This document shows, one piece after another, positions 1-11,828 of a stretch of DNA of 64,000 nt (the stretch's first letter is position 1; each line of letters starts with the position of its first letter). The translations under genes and the position numbers were made by a program. The notes under the pieces were generated by a model, which saw only the letters and a list, made by a program, of their open reading frames with translations, was not told the DNA's origin and did no database searches. The stretch is from Escherichia coli (lineage in GTDB: Bacteria > Pseudomonadota > Gammaproteobacteria > Enterobacterales > Enterobacteriaceae). Location of the stretch: the NCBI RefSeq assembly GCF_044324875.1, contig NZ_CP172187.1. One strand, written 5' to 3'.

Positions 1-858
1 GTGACTGATCTTCAACAAACGTATTACCGCCAGGTAAAGAACCCGAATCCGGTATTTACACCCCGTGAAGGTGCCGGAACGCTGAAGTTTTGCGAAAAAC
101 TGATGGAAAAGGCGGTGGGCTTCACCTCCCGTTTTGATTTCGCCATTCATGTGGCACACGCCCGTTCGCGTGGTCTGCGCCGGCGCATGCCGCCGGTACT
201 GCGTCGACGGGCCATTGATGCGCTGCTGCAGGGGCTGTGTTTCCACTATGACCCGCTGGCCAACCGCGTCCAGTGCTCCATCACCACACTGGCCATTGAG
301 TGCGGACTGGCGACGGAGTCTGCTGCCGGAAAACTCTCTATCACCCGTGCCACCCGCGCCCTGACGTTCCTCGCAGAGCTGGGCCTGATTACCTACCAGA
401 CGGAATATGACCCGCTTATCGGGTGCTACATTCCGACCGACATCACGTTCACACCGGCACTGTTTGCCGCTCTCGATGTGTCTGAGGTGGCGGTGGCAGC
501 TGCGCGCCGCAGTCGTGTGGAATGGGAAAACAGACAGCGCAAGAAGCAGGGACTGGATGCACTGGGTATGGATGAACTGATAGCGAAAGCCTGGCGTTTT
601 GTGCGTGAGCGTTTCCGCAGTTACCAGACAGAGCTTAAGTCCCGGGGAATAAAGCGTGCCCGTGCGCGTCGTGATGCGGACAGGGAACGTCAGGATATTG
701 TCACCCTGGTGAAACGGCAGCTGACGCGCGAAATCGCGGAAGGGCGCTTCACTGCTAATCGTGAGGCAGTAAAACGCGAAGTGGAGCGTCGTGTGAAGGA
801 GCGCATGATTCTGTCACGTAACCGTAATTACAGCCGGCTGGCCACAGCTTCCCCCTGA
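1..858 (+). CDS. repA1: IncFII replication initiator RepA1 (complete, GTG start at window position 1)
   Basis: 285 aa ORF recognised as near-identical to the R100/NR1 RepA1 sequence ([29 protein letters not shown]...). Confidence 0.9.
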   Translation: MTDLQQTYYRQVKNPNPVFTPREGAGTLKFCEKLMEKAVGFTSRFDFAIHVAHARSRGLRRRMPPVLRRRAIDALLQGLCFHYDPLANRVQCSITTLAIECGLATESAAGKLSITRATRALTFLAELGLITYQTEYDPLIGCYIPTDITFTPALFAALDVSEVAVAAARRSRVEWENRQRKKQGLDALGMDELIAKAWRFVRERFRSYQTELKSRGIKRARARRDADRERQDIVTLVKRQLTREIAEGRFTANREAVKREVERRVKERMILSRNRNYSRLATASP

Positions 859-999
859 AAGTGACCTCCTCAGAATAATCCGGCCCGCGCCGGAGGCATT
901 CGCACGCCTGAAGCCTGTCAGCGAACAAAAAAGCAGCACTGCATACAAAAAACAATCTCATCATCCCCCTTCAGGTGCATCCGGTTCCCCCTGTTTTTG

Positions 1000-1260
1000 A
1001 TGCAAAACACCTCTCACAGACGGGGAATTTTGCTTGTCCACATTTAACTGCAAGGGACTTCCCCATAAGGTTACAACCGTTCATGCCATAAAGCGCCAGC
1101 CGACAGCCTTACAGGGTGCAATGTATCTTTTAAACACCAGTTTATATCTCCTTTAAACTACCTAATTACATTCATTTAAAAAGAAAACCTGTTCACTGCC
1201 TGTCCTGTGGACAGACAGATAGCACCTCCCACCGCAAGCGGCGGGCCCCCACCGGAGCCA
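1000..1260. other. IncFII vegetative origin oriR region (approximate)
   Basis: Lies just downstream of repA1; DnaA-box-like TTGTCCACA near 1024 and inverted TGTGGACAG near 1208; AT-rich stretch. Confidence 0.4.
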
Positions 1261-1820
1261 TTTTAGTTACAACACTCAAATACAACCACCAGGAAAACCC
1301 CGGTCCAGCGCAGAACCGAAACAACAAAGCCCCTCCCTCATAACTTAAAAGCGGCCCCGCCCCGGCCCGAAGGGCCGGAACAGAGTCGCTTTTAATTATG
1401 AATGTTGTAACTACATCTTCATCGCTGTCAGTCTTCTCGCTGGAAGTTCTCAGTACACGCTCGTAAGCGGCCCTCACGGCCCGCTAACGCGGAGATACGC
1501 CCCGACTTCGGGTAAACCCTCGTCGGGACCACTCCGACCGCGCACAGAAGCTCTATCATGGCTGAAAACGGGTATGGTCTGGCAGGGCTGGGGATAGGTA
1601 AGGTGAAATCTATCAATCAGTACCGGCTTACGCCGGGCTTCGGCGGTTTTACTCCTGTGCCATATGTAGCCACATCATGCCGCCTTCCATGCCGCTGGCG
1701 CGGCATATACCGGCAGTACAGCTATCTGTGTTTGATAGTATTTAAAGCGACGTTTTTTTCTTGAACCTGTGTCACTTATAAGAGACAATATACACAGGTT
1801 AAGGGAATGAGGGCGGCAAG

Positions 1821-2156
1821 ATGCCTTACACGGCGAAACGATATCAGACAGAAAACGGTGAGATCCCATACACCGACTGGATGAAAAAATTAAGACGCAA
1901 AGACCAGGCCGCAGCGTTAAAGGTGGATTCCAGAATTGCCCGCGCTATGAGCGGAAATTTCGGAGATCATAAATTTGAAAGGGACGGTGTCTGGGAATTA
2001 CGGATTGATTACGGTCCTGGTTACAGGGTTTATTATTCAATCGAAGATGGCGAAATAATTCTTCTGCTCATTGGCGGGAATAAAAAAACTCAGACAGCCG
2101 ATTTAGATAAAGCCGTTAGTTATCTGCAAGATTTTAAAAAGAGGTCAAAAAAATGA
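1821..2156 (+). CDS. Type II toxin, RelE/ParE superfamily (HigB-like, toxin-first arrangement)
   Basis: 111 aa; motif VWELRIDYGPGYRVYY...IILLLIGGNK typical of killer proteins; 4-bp overlap with the following HTH gene. Confidence 0.7.
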   Translation: MPYTAKRYQTENGEIPYTDWMKKLRRKDQAAALKVDSRIARAMSGNFGDHKFERDGVWELRIDYGPGYRVYYSIEDGEIILLLIGGNKKTQTADLDKAVSYLQDFKKRSKK

Positions 2157-2503
2157 CAGCCACCAAAAATGTGAAGGCGCAGAAAAATGGTTATCCGGCA
2201 TCCGTTGATCACAATGCCGCCATGATTGAAGAATTGCGCGCAGATCCTGATTATGCAAACGCTTATCTTGCTAATGCCCTGGAAGAAATAAACGAGCCTG
2301 GTGGTTTAGGCGGTTTTCTTGTTGCGCTACGTCAGGTCATCGAGGCGCGAGGGGGGATTTCCGAAGCTGCCAGGAAATCTGGCCTTGCCCGTCAGAGTAT
2401 TTACCGCGCATTATCCCCGAACGGGAATCCGACCATCACAACACTTGCACAACTTACATCAGTAGCCGGATTACAGTTCACTCTCAGTAAATCCAGCCAC
2501 TAA
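2153..2503 (+). CDS. HigA-family HTH antitoxin (addiction module antidote)
   Basis: 116 aa with C-terminal helix-turn-helix (EAARKSGLARQSIYRAL); translationally coupled to the upstream toxin. Confidence 0.7.
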   Translation: MTATKNVKAQKNGYPASVDHNAAMIEELRADPDYANAYLANALEEINEPGGLGGFLVALRQVIEARGGISEAARKSGLARQSIYRALSPNGNPTITTLAQLTSVAGLQFTLSKSSH

Positions 2504-3221
2504 TCTCTCCGGTTCCCCCTGAGCGGGGGAATTTCACTGGCACTTATTGCGGGGAACAAAACCATCGGACGGGGGAAACATCTGTATTTCTGTGTGTCCT
2601 GGTGTAATACGGTGGATTTGTGTGTGTCTGGAAGCTTAATGCTAATGTATGCGTACATTAGCATTAAGCCTGTTTTCCCGTCGTGTCGGGGTCAGTCTGG
2701 GAAACGTACAATATTGTGTGTTTCTTGCTGTAGGGGAACGAGGTAACGTTTACACACTCGCGAGTGAGCGGATGAAATAATATCTCATTCAGTACTCTTT
2801 TTATCTGCTGCCGTTTTTTCCGGTGATTTTTTTTCTGCATACAGAAAAAAAGCCTGCCCGGAGGGCAGGCATGAAAGACAATCGCACAGTCAGTGTTGAA
2901 ATTAATGATGTCACGCATTTTCCCGGCGGATACACAAACCATCCCGGCCAGTACCGGCGGCATCGTAATCAACGTCTGCGGGCTGTGCAATGCTCTTTTT
3001 GCTGATTTAAGATAAAGTTATTACAGCCCCTGACGGAGACGAAAACAACGGCAGACAATATACGGGAAATATAATCAGACCGTTTTAATATTATTTCCAG
3101 GAACGCGACGAAGTCAGGCAGATTTATATATTTCTGGCCGGGCTGACATTCCGGATTGGTGTATATAATAATACGTTTGTGATATATTTATAATCGGTTT
3201 TATTATGTTGCCGGGGTATTT

Positions 3222-3643
3222 ATGGCCAGGAATCAGGAAAAGAAAACGCCCGTCATTGTGGTGAAAAAACGTCGCGTTATTTCACCTCCTGTCGTCGATA
3301 AAACAGAGACTGTCATTCCGCCTGTACCGGAAGTGGCGGTACCACCGGCAGCTGCTGATGCGCAGCTGCCAGCCCCCATCCCGGATGCGTCTCCTGCGCC
3401 TGCTGCCGTCGGAAAGAAAAGGAAAGGAAGACCACCACGCAGGCCCCTCAGAGAGCACTGGACACGGGAGTTCACCGACCAGTGCATGGAAAAGGTCAAG
3501 GCAATTTTCCCGCATCTTCGCGCTGAAGGCGGCGGTTTTCTGCCTCTCAGGGTCGGTATCTCCCGCGATATTACTGCCTGGCTGGCTGAGCACCCTGAAG
3601 CCGGACTCACCCGGGATGAATGGGACTGTGCCGTATCCTGTAT
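3222..3643 (+). pseudogene. ProQ/FinO-family RNA-chaperone gene, 5-prime part, interrupted by the Tn1721 left IR
   Basis: ORF runs into the IR at 3644; resumes in frame at 30015 with a FinO-like C-terminus. Confidence 0.6.
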
Positions 3644-3681
3644 GGGGGAACCGCAGAATTCGGAAAAAATCGTACGCTAAG
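3644..3681. repeat. Tn1721 terminal inverted repeat (left)
   Basis: GGGGGAACCGCAGAATTCGGAAAAAATCGTACGCTAAG. Confidence 0.8.
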
Positions 3682-3832
3682 CTAACGGTGTTCTCGTGAC
3701 AGCTCTTTGACTAGGCTTTCTAAGGCCATTCTGATAGCCCTGACTTCCTGAAAAGCCATGGCTAAAATTTGTGCGGCTAAAAGGGATAACCGATGGTAAA
3801 GTAAGTTATCCCTGTCGAGATACTGAAAAGCG

Positions 3833-5150
3833 TTATCCTCGTTTTTCCCAAAACTGTTTTGCCAGTTCGCTCAGAGCGCTAGTTAACTGAGCGACAGATT
3901 TCGCACTTTGCAAATTATTCTGCCCGGTCTGTACATTGGTATCAGCAGCATCGCGTATATTGATAATACTGCGGTTTATGTCTTCACTTACTGCTCCCTG
4001 CTGCTCGACCGCAGTCGCTATTTGCGCGTTCATGTCGGTAATTTCGTTAACGCGTTGGCCAATTCCATCAAGAGCTGTAGCTGCTTCCTCTGCGTGAGCT
4101 ACACTCGTGTGCGCTTGCCGACTACTTTGCTCCATGACTGTAACAGCGGATTGCGCTCGCTCTTGTAGAGCGCTGATCATGCTTTGAATATCCGTTGTCG
4201 ATTGCTGTGTGCGAGCAGCAAGACTGCGAACCTCATCGGCGACAACAGCAAAACCACGCCCCTGCTCACCAGCACGCGCGGCCTCAATTGCTGCGTTGAG
4301 TGCCAACAAATTCGTTTGCTCGGCGATCCCTCGTATAACGTCAAGAACTTTTGATATCTCGTTACTTTGACCTTCAAGCTCATGAATAACCTGAGTGGCT
4401 TGCCTAATTTCACCTTCAAGGGCAGTGATTGACTGGCTTGTGTGGGCTACCAGACGCTGGCCAGATGCCGTCTCAGTGTCTGCTCTTCCGGCCGCATCTG
4501 CAGCATGCTGTGCATTGCTCGCAACCTCTTGAATGCTTGCCACCATTTGGTTTACTGCCGTTGCTATTTGATCTGTCTCTGCCTGCTGCTCAACTGTAAG
4601 TACATTGCTTGACTCAATATCCTTTAGTAGGCCTCGGGTGTGTTCGCTAAGCCGATTTGATGCATCACCTATGCGACCTACTATGGCGCCTGTTTCAGCT
4701 TGCATCATTCGTAAAGCAAACTCTATTTGGCCAAACTCATCGGTGCGCCCAGTGTAGAGGGATTGACTTAATGGGTTATTGGAAATATTCCTGGCTCTTT
4801 CAACCAGTCTTCCAAGAGGAGAGAGAATAGCCAAAACACTAACAGAGCTTAAGCTTCCTGACATTAAAGTGGCTAACAATAAGCTGCTTATTGATGTATC
4901 AGTAAGCATGCCGGCAGCCATTGCGCTTGATATAATACTACCCCATATGAGCAAGAGTATTTTCACGGAAAAGCTAGCAGCCAATTTCGGCCTCGCGGCC
5001 TTCCCGCTTCTCAATTGAGCATATAATTTTTCCGCAGCCAAAACCTGCTCAGGTTCAGGCTTGGTCCTTACAGACTGGTATTCAACAATCGAACCATTCT
5101 TAGCTATTGGCGTTACATAAGCACTTACCCAATAGTGGTCGCCATTTTTA
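3833..5150 (-). pseudogene. mcp: Methyl-accepting chemotaxis protein gene of Tn1721 (mcp/orfI), 5-prime end truncated by IS1
   Basis: PAS-like region followed by MCP signalling domain ([31 protein letters not shown]); ORF abuts the IS1 end at 5151. Confidence 0.7.
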
Positions 5151-5165
5151 GGTAATGACTCCAAC

Positions 5166-5669
5166 TTATTGATAGTGTTTTATGTTCAGATAATGCCCGA
5201 TGACTTTGTCATGCAGCTCCACCGATTTTGAGAACGACAGCGACTTCCGTCCCAGCCGTGCCAGGTGCTGCCTCAGATTCAGGTTATGCCGCTCAATTCG
5301 CTGCGTATATCGCTTGCTGATTACGTGCAGCTTTCCCTTCAGGCGGGATTCATACAGCGGCCAGCCATCCGTCATCCATATCACCACGTCAAAGGGTGAC
5401 AGCAGGCTCATAAGACGCCCCAGCGTCGCCATAGTGCGTTCACCGAATACGTGCGCAACAACCGTCTTCCGGAGCCTGTCATACGCGTAAAACAGCCAGC
5501 GCTGGCGCGATTTAGCCCCGACATAGCCCCACTGTTCGTCCATTTCCGCGCAGACGATGACGTCACTGCCCGGCTGTATGCGCGAGGTTACCGACTGCGG
5601 CCTGAGTTTTTTAAGTGACGTAAAATCGTGTTGAGGCCAACGCCCATAATGCGGGCAGTTGCCCGGCAT
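5166..5669 (-). CDS. insB: IS1 InsB (transposase is made as InsAB by frameshifting)
   Basis: 167 aa ORF recognised as IS1 InsB. Confidence 0.9.
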
Positions 5670-5863
5670 CCAACGCCATTCATGGCCATATCAATGATTT
5701 TCTGGTGCGTACCGGGTTGAGAAGCGGTGTAAGTGAACTGCAGTTGCCATGTTTTACGGCAGTGAGAGCAGAGATAGCGCTGATGTCCGGCGGTGCTTTT
5801 GCCGTTACGCACCACCCCGTCAGTAGCTGAACAGGAGGGACAGCTGATAGAAACAGAAGCCAC
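5588..5863 (-). CDS. insA: IS1 InsA
   Basis: 91 aa, [42 protein letters not shown]... Confidence 0.9.
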
Positions 5864-6054
5864 TGGAGCACCTCAAAAACACCATCATACACTAAATCAG
5901 TAAGTTGGCAGCATCACCTAGGATTACAGGGGCATTCAGTTGAAAGGCGGCCCAGCCACTGGCATCACATACAGCGGATGTCACATTTGAACCGTCAATA
6001 CAAGCAATCACATTTGTCATCGTTTTATTCCTTTGTTGTTGTGTTGCTAATGGC

Positions 6055-6630
6055 TTAGTGACCAGACATCATTTTTTCAACTTCTTCTGGCTTATCGTGT
6101 ACCCCAAATTTATCGACTATGGTGGCACTGGCTTCGTTAAGGCCAATCAACTCAACCTCAGTCCCCTCGCGGCGGAATTTAATCACTACCTTGTCGAGGG
6201 CCGATACCGCGGTAATATCCCAAAAATGTGCTTGAGATAAGTCGATAGTCACTTTATCAACCACTTCCCTAAAATCGAATGAATTACTGAACTTATCTGA
6301 TGAAGCAAAAAAGACTTGTCCAATAACCTGATAATGGCGACCAGTGTCAGCAGCAGTCGTTGTACTCTTAACCACCATAAAACGTCCCACTTTATTAGCA
6401 AAAAATAGGGACGCGAGTAATACACCTACAAATACCCCAATTGCTAAGTTATGGGTAGCGACCACGACCACAACCGTCGCCACCATCACAAGGTTGGTTG
6501 ACATAGGATGATGCTTAAGATTACGGATTGAATCCCAAGAGAATGTACCGATAGCCACCATGATCATCACGGCAACCAGTGCCGCCATAGGAATAAGCTT
6601 TAACCACTCTCCTAAAAACACCACCATCAC
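6055..6630 (-). pseudogene. SulP-family anion transporter, C-terminal fragment (last TM helices and STAS domain)
   Basis: 191 aa; hydrophobic N-part then STAS-like tail; no N-terminal permease core upstream. Confidence 0.55.
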
Positions 6631-6775
6631 AAGTAAAAAAACGCCTGCAGCGAAGGATGATAAACGTCCGCGACCACCCGATTTAACGTTGATGATCGAA
6701 TGTCAATAAATTCAAAATTCAATCCTATCCTGACGCAATTTACACATGGCATCTGACATCAGGTTAGGGTATGCC

Positions 6776-7126
6776 TCAACCTGACGGCGGCGAATCACAA
6801 GCGTCCGGTTTGACGCTGGTTTCGGTCGCAGTGCTGGCCCGCGCCTGGAAGCGCTGATAGCACTCCAGCCCGCAGAAATGCTCCACGTACTCGGCCCCTT
6901 CCGGCGTGAAGGCGGCATCGAGCGGGATTTCCTTGCAGCACACGCAGCAACTGGTGCTCGGTTCATTGGCGTTCATGGTGGTGTTCCTCCATTGGTTGAC
7001 GAAGCCGACGAAGGCCGCCGCCGGCATCGGCCTGGCGAACAGGAAACCCTGCACCGTGTCGCAACCCGCCTGCCGCAACCACGCAAGGCAGTCGGGTGTT
7101 TCCACACCCTCGGCTACCACCTCCAT
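6776..7126 (-). pseudogene. tnpM: Tn21 urf2M, 3-prime part (EAL-domain tail plus tnpM portion), separated from its 5-prime part by the integron
   Basis: Translation starts immediately outside IRi: [46 protein letters not shown]... Confidence 0.65.
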
Positions 7127-7328
7127 TGTCGTTTTCAGAAGACGGCTGCACTGAACGTCAGAAGCCGACTGCACTATAGCAGCGGAGGGGTTGGATCCAT
7201 CAGGCAACGACGGGCTGCTGCCGGCCATCAGCGGACGCAGGGAGGACTTTCCGCAACCGGCCGTTCGATGCGGCACCGATGGCCTTCGCGCAGGGGTAGT
7301 GAATCCGCCAGGATTGACTTGCGCTGCC

Positions 7329-8342
7329 CTACCTCTCACTAGTGAGGGGCGGCAGCGCATCAAGCGGTGAGCGCACTCCGGCACCGCCAACTTTCAGCAC
7401 ATGCGTGTAAATCATCGTCGTAGAGACGTCGGAATGGCCGAGCAGATCCTGCACGGTTCGAATGTCGTAACCGCTGCGGAGCAAGGCCGTCGCGAACGAG
7501 TGGCGGAGGGTGTGCGGTGTGGCGGGCTTCGTGATGCCTGCTTGTTCTACGGCACGTTTGAAGGCGCGCTGAAAGGTCTGGTCATACATGTGATGGCGAC
7601 GCACGACACCGCTCCGTGGATCGGTCGAATGCGTGTGCTGCGCAAAAACCCAGAACCACGGCCAGGAATGCCCGGCGCGCGGATACTTCCGCTCAAGGGC
7701 GTCGGGAAGCGCAACGCCGCTGCGGCCCTCGGCCTGGTCCTTCAGCCACCATGCCCGTGCACGCGACAGCTGCTCGCGCAGGCTGGGTGCCAAGCTCTCG
7801 GGTAACATCAAGGCCCGATCCTTGGAGCCCTTGCCCTCCCGCACGATGATCGTGCCGTGATCGAAATCCAGATCCTTGACCCGCAGTTGCAAACCCTCAC
7901 TGATCCGCATGCCCGTTCCATACAGAAGCTGGGCGAACAAACGATGCTCGCCTTCCAGAAAACCGAGGATGCGAACCACTTCATCCGGGGTCAGCACCAC
8001 CGGCAAGCGCCGCGACGGCCGAGGTCTTCCGATCTCCTGAAGCCAGGGCAGATCCGTGCACAGCACCTTGCCGTAGAAGAACAGCAAGGCCGCCAATGCC
8101 TGACGATGCGTGGAGACCGAAACCTTGCGCTCGTTCGCCAGCCAGGACAGAAATGCCTCGACTTCGCTGCTGCCCAAGGTTGCCGGGTGACGCACACCGT
8201 GGAAACGGATGAAGGCACGAACCCAGTGGACATAAGCCTGTTCGGTTCGTAAGCTGTAATGCAAGTAGCGTATGCGCTCACGCAACTGGTCCAGAACCTT
8301 GACCGAACGCAGCGGTGGTAACGGCGCAGTGGCGGTTTTCAT
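7329..8342 (-). CDS. intI1: Class 1 integron integrase IntI1
   Basis: 337 aa tyrosine recombinase recognised as IntI1 ([41 protein letters not shown]...). Confidence 0.95.
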
Positions 8343-8498
8343 GGCTTGTTATGACTGTTTTTTTGTACAGTCTATGCCTCGGGCATCCAAGCAGCAAGCG
8401 CGTTACGCCGTGGGTCGATGTTTGATGTTATGGAGCAGCAACGATGTTACGCAGCAGGGCAGTCGCCCTAAAACAAAGTTAACCTCTGAGGAAGAATT

Positions 8499-8972
8499 GT
8501 GAAACTATCACTAATGGTAGCTATATCGAAGAATGGAGTTATCGGGAATGGCCCTGATATTCCATGGAGTGCCAAAGGTGAACAGCTCCTGTTTAAAGCT
8601 ATTACCTATAACCAATGGCTGTTGGTTGGACGCAAGACTTTTGAATCAATGGGAGCATTACCCAACCGAAAGTATGCGGTCGTAACACGTTCAAGTTTTA
8701 CATCTGACAATGAGAACGTAGTGATCTTTCCATCAATTAAAGATGCTTTAACCAACCTAAAGAAAATAACGGATCATGTCATTGTTTCAGGTGGTGGGGA
8801 GATATACAAAAGCCTGATCGATCAAGTAGATACACTACATATATCTACAATAGACATCGAGCCGGAAGGTGATGTTTACTTTCCTGAAATCCCCAGCAAT
8901 TTTAGGCCAGTTTTTACCCAAGACTTCGCCTCTAACATAAATTATAGTTACCAAATCTGGCAAAAGGGTTAA
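8499..8972 (+). CDS. dfrA1: Trimethoprim-resistant dihydrofolate reductase cassette, DfrA1 type
   Basis: 157 aa matching DfrA1 as remembered ([42 protein letters not shown]...); first cassette after attI1. Confidence 0.85.
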   Translation: MKLSLMVAISKNGVIGNGPDIPWSAKGEQLLFKAITYNQWLLVGRKTFESMGALPNRKYAVVTRSSFTSDNENVVIFPSIKDALTNLKKITDHVIVSGGGEIYKSLIDQVDTLHISTIDIEPEGDVYFPEIPSNFRPVFTQDFASNINYSYQIWQKG

Positions 8973-9064
8973 CAAGTGGCAGCAACGGATTCGCAAACCT
9001 GTCACGCCTTTTGTACCAAAAGCCGCGCCAGGTTTGCGATCCGCTGTGCCAGGCGTTAAACATC

Positions 9065-9856
9065 ATGAGGGAAGCGGTGATCGCCGAAGTATCGACTCAA
9101 CTATCAGAGGTAGTTGGCGTCATCGAGCGCCATCTCGAACCGACGTTGCTGGCCGTACATTTGTACGGCTCCGCAGTGGATGGCGGCCTGAAGCCACACA
9201 GTGATATTGATTTGCTGGTTACGGTGACCGTAAGGCTTGATGAAACAACGCGGCGAGCTTTGATCAACGACCTTTTGGAAACTTCGGCTTCCCCTGGAGA
9301 GAGCGAGATTCTCCGCGCTGTAGAAGTCACCATTGTTGTGCACGACGACATCATTCCGTGGCGTTATCCAGCTAAGCGCGAACTGCAATTTGGAGAATGG
9401 CAGCGCAATGACATTCTTGCAGGTATCTTCGAGCCAGCCACGATCGACATTGATCTGGCTATCTTGCTGACAAAAGCAAGAGAACATAGCGTTGCCTTGG
9501 TAGGTCCAGCGGCGGAGGAACTCTTTGATCCGGTTCCTGAACAGGATCTATTTGAGGCGCTAAATGAAACCTTAACGCTATGGAACTCGCCGCCCGACTG
9601 GGCTGGCGATGAGCGAAATGTAGTGCTTACGTTGTCCCGCATTTGGTACAGCGCAGTAACCGGCAAAATCGCGCCGAAGGATGTCGCTGCCGACTGGGCA
9701 ATGGAGCGCCTGCCGGCCCAGTATCAGCCCGTCATACTTGAAGCTAGACAGGCTTATCTTGGACAAGAAGAAGATCGCTTGGCCTCCCGCGCAGATCAGT
9801 TGGAAGAATTTGTTCACTACGTGAAAGGCGAGATCACCAAGGTAGTCGGCAAATAA
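9065..9856 (+). CDS. aadA1: Aminoglycoside 3-double-prime-adenylyltransferase AadA1 (streptomycin/spectinomycin)
   Basis: MREAVIAEVSTQLSEVVGVIERHLEPTLLAVHLYGSAVDGGLKPHSDIDLLVTV...; track ORF starts upstream at 9011. Confidence 0.9.
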   Translation: MREAVIAEVSTQLSEVVGVIERHLEPTLLAVHLYGSAVDGGLKPHSDIDLLVTVTVRLDETTRRALINDLLETSASPGESEILRAVEVTIVVHDDIIPWRYPAKRELQFGEWQRNDILAGIFEPATIDIDLAILLTKAREHSVALVGPAAEELFDPVPEQDLFEALNETLTLWNSPPDWAGDERNVVLTLSRIWYSAVTGKIAPKDVAADWAMERLPAQYQPVILEARQAYLGQEEDRLASRADQLEEFVHYVKGEITKVVGK

Positions 9857-10019
9857 TGTCTAACAATTCGTTCAAGCCGACGCCGCTTCGCGGCGCGGCT
9901 TAACTCAAGCGTTAGATGCACTAAGCACATAATTGCTCACAGCCAAACTATCAGGTCAAGTCTGCTTTTATTATTTTTAAGCGTGCATAATAAGCCCTAC
10001 ACAAATTGGGAGATATATC

Positions 10020-10367
10020 ATGAAAGGCTGGCTTTTTCTTGTTATCGCAATAGTTGGCGAAGTAATCGCAACATCCGCATTAAAATCTAGCGAGGGCTTT
10101 ACTAAGCTTGCCCCTTCCGCCGTTGTCATAATCGGTTATGGCATCGCATTTTATTTTCTTTCTCTGGTTCTGAAATCCATCCCTGTCGGTGTTGCTTATG
10201 CAGTCTGGTCGGGACTCGGCGTCGTCATAATTACAGCCATTGCCTGGTTGCTTCATGGGCAAAAGCTTGATGCGTGGGGCTTTGTAGGTATGGGGCTCAT
10301 AATTGCTGCCTTTTTGCTCGCCCGATCCCCATCGTGGAAGTCGCTGCGGAGGCCGACGCCATGGTGA
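10020..10367 (+). CDS. qacEdelta1: QacEdelta1 small multidrug resistance efflux protein (3-prime conserved segment)
   Basis: 115 aa [27 protein letters not shown]...; overlaps sul1 start. Confidence 0.9.
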   Translation: MKGWLFLVIAIVGEVIATSALKSSEGFTKLAPSAVVIIGYGIAFYFLSLVLKSIPVGVAYAVWSGLGVVIITAIAWLLHGQKLDAWGFVGMGLIIAAFLLARSPSWKSLRRPTPW

Positions 10368-11200
10368 CGGTGTTCGGCATTCTGAATCTCACCGAGGACT
10401 CCTTCTTCGATGAGAGCCGGCGGCTAGACCCCGCCGGCGCTGTCACCGCGGCGATCGAAATGCTGCGAGTCGGATCAGACGTCGTGGATGTCGGACCGGC
10501 CGCCAGCCATCCGGACGCGAGGCCTGTATCGCCGGCCGATGAGATCAGACGTATTGCGCCGCTCTTAGACGCCCTGTCCGATCAGATGCACCGTGTTTCA
10601 ATCGACAGCTTCCAACCGGAAACCCAGCGCTATGCGCTCAAGCGCGGCGTGGGCTACCTGAACGATATCCAAGGATTTCCTGACCCTGCGCTCTATCCCG
10701 ATATTGCTGAGGCGGACTGCAGGCTGGTGGTTATGCACTCAGCGCAGCGGGATGGCATCGCCACCCGCACCGGTCACCTTCGACCCGAAGACGCGCTCGA
10801 CGAGATTGTGCGGTTCTTCGAGGCGCGGGTTTCCGCCTTGCGACGGAGCGGGGTCGCTGCCGACCGGCTCATCCTCGATCCGGGGATGGGATTTTTCTTG
10901 AGCCCCGCACCGGAAACATCGCTGCACGTGCTGTCGAACCTTCAAAAGCTGAAGTCGGCGTTGGGGCTTCCGCTATTGGTCTCGGTGTCGCGGAAATCCT
11001 TCTTGGGCGCCACCGTTGGCCTTCCTGTAAAGGATCTGGGTCCAGCGAGCCTTGCGGCGGAACTTCACGCGATCGGCAATGGCGCTGACTACGTCCGCAC
11101 CCACGCGCCTGGAGATCTGCGAAGCGCAATCACCTTCTCGGAAACCCTCGCGAAATTTCGCAGTCGCGACGCCAGAGACCGAGGGTTAGATCATGCCTAG
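10361..11200 (+). CDS. sul1: Sulfonamide-resistant dihydropteroate synthase Sul1
   Basis: [55 protein letters not shown]...; track ORF has an upstream extension. Confidence 0.9.
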   Translation: MVTVFGILNLTEDSFFDESRRLDPAGAVTAAIEMLRVGSDVVDVGPAASHPDARPVSPADEIRRIAPLLDALSDQMHRVSIDSFQPETQRYALKRGVGYLNDIQGFPDPALYPDIAEADCRLVVMHSAQRDGIATRTGHLRPEDALDEIVRFFEARVSALRRSGVAADRLILDPGMGFFLSPAPETSLHVLSNLQKLKSALGLPLLVSVSRKSFLGATVGLPVKDLGPASLAAELHAIGNGADYVRTHAPGDLRSAITFSETLAKFRSRDARDRGLDHA

Positions 11201-11327
11201 CATTCACCTTCCGGCCGCCCGCTAGCGGACCCTGGTCAGGTTCCGCGAAGGTGGGCGCAGACATGCTGGGCTCGTCAGGATCAAACTGCACTATGAGGCG
11301 GCGGTTCATACCGCGCCAGGGGAGCGA

Positions 11328-11828
11328 ATGGACAGCGAGGAGCCTCCGAACGTTCGGGTCGCCTGCTCGGGTGATATCGACGAGGTTGTGCGGCTGATGC
11401 ACGACGCTGCGGCGTGGATGTCCGCCAAGGGAACGCCCGCCTGGGACGTCGCGCGGATCGACCGGACATTCGCGGAGACCTTCGTCCTGAGATCCGAGCT
11501 CCTAGTCGCGAGTTGCAGCGACGGCATCGTCGGCTGTTGCACCTTGTCGGCCGAGGATCCCGAGTTCTGGCCCGACGCCCTCAAGGGGGAGGCCGCATAT
11601 CTGCACAAGCTCGCGGTGCGACGGACACATGCGGGCCGGGGTGTCAGCTCCGCGCTGATCGAGGCTTGCCGCCATGCCGCGCGAACGCAGGGGTGCGCCA
11701 AGCTGCGGCTCGACTGCCACCCGAACCTGCGTGGCCTATACGAGCGGCTCGGATTCACCCACGTCGACACTTTCAATCCCGGCTGGGATCCAACCTTCAT
11801 CGCAGAACGCCTAGAACTCGAAATCTAA
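11328..11828 (+). CDS. orf5: GNAT-family acetyltransferase orf5 of the 3-prime conserved segment
   Basis: 166 aa, recognised as orf5 of class 1 integron 3-prime CS. Confidence 0.8.
   Translation: MDSEEPPNVRVACSGDIDEVVRLMHDAAAWMSAKGTPAWDVARIDRTFAETFVLRSELLVASCSDGIVGCCTLSAEDPEFWPDALKGEAAYLHKLAVRRTHAGRGVSSALIEACRHAARTQGCAKLRLDCHPNLRGLYERLGFTHVDTFNPGWDPTFIAERLELEI

Larger units (their letters stand above)
5151..5918 (-). mobile_element. IS1 (768 bp), no matching flanking duplication
   Basis: IS1 terminal sequences GGTAATGACTCCAACTTATTGATAGTG at 5151 and CAGTAAGTTGGCAGCATCACC ending 5918; insA and insB ORFs inside. Confidence 0.9.

Noticed and set aside
1193-1869. Several 60-94 aa ORFs downstream of repA1
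   Set aside because: They fall in the expected oriR region of IncFII replicons and have no recognisable protein features.
2664-3005. ORFs 2664-2990 (minus) and 2823-3005 (plus) in the higA to FinO-like gap
   Set aside because: No RBS, mutually overlapping, low-complexity composition; more likely non-coding regulatory DNA.
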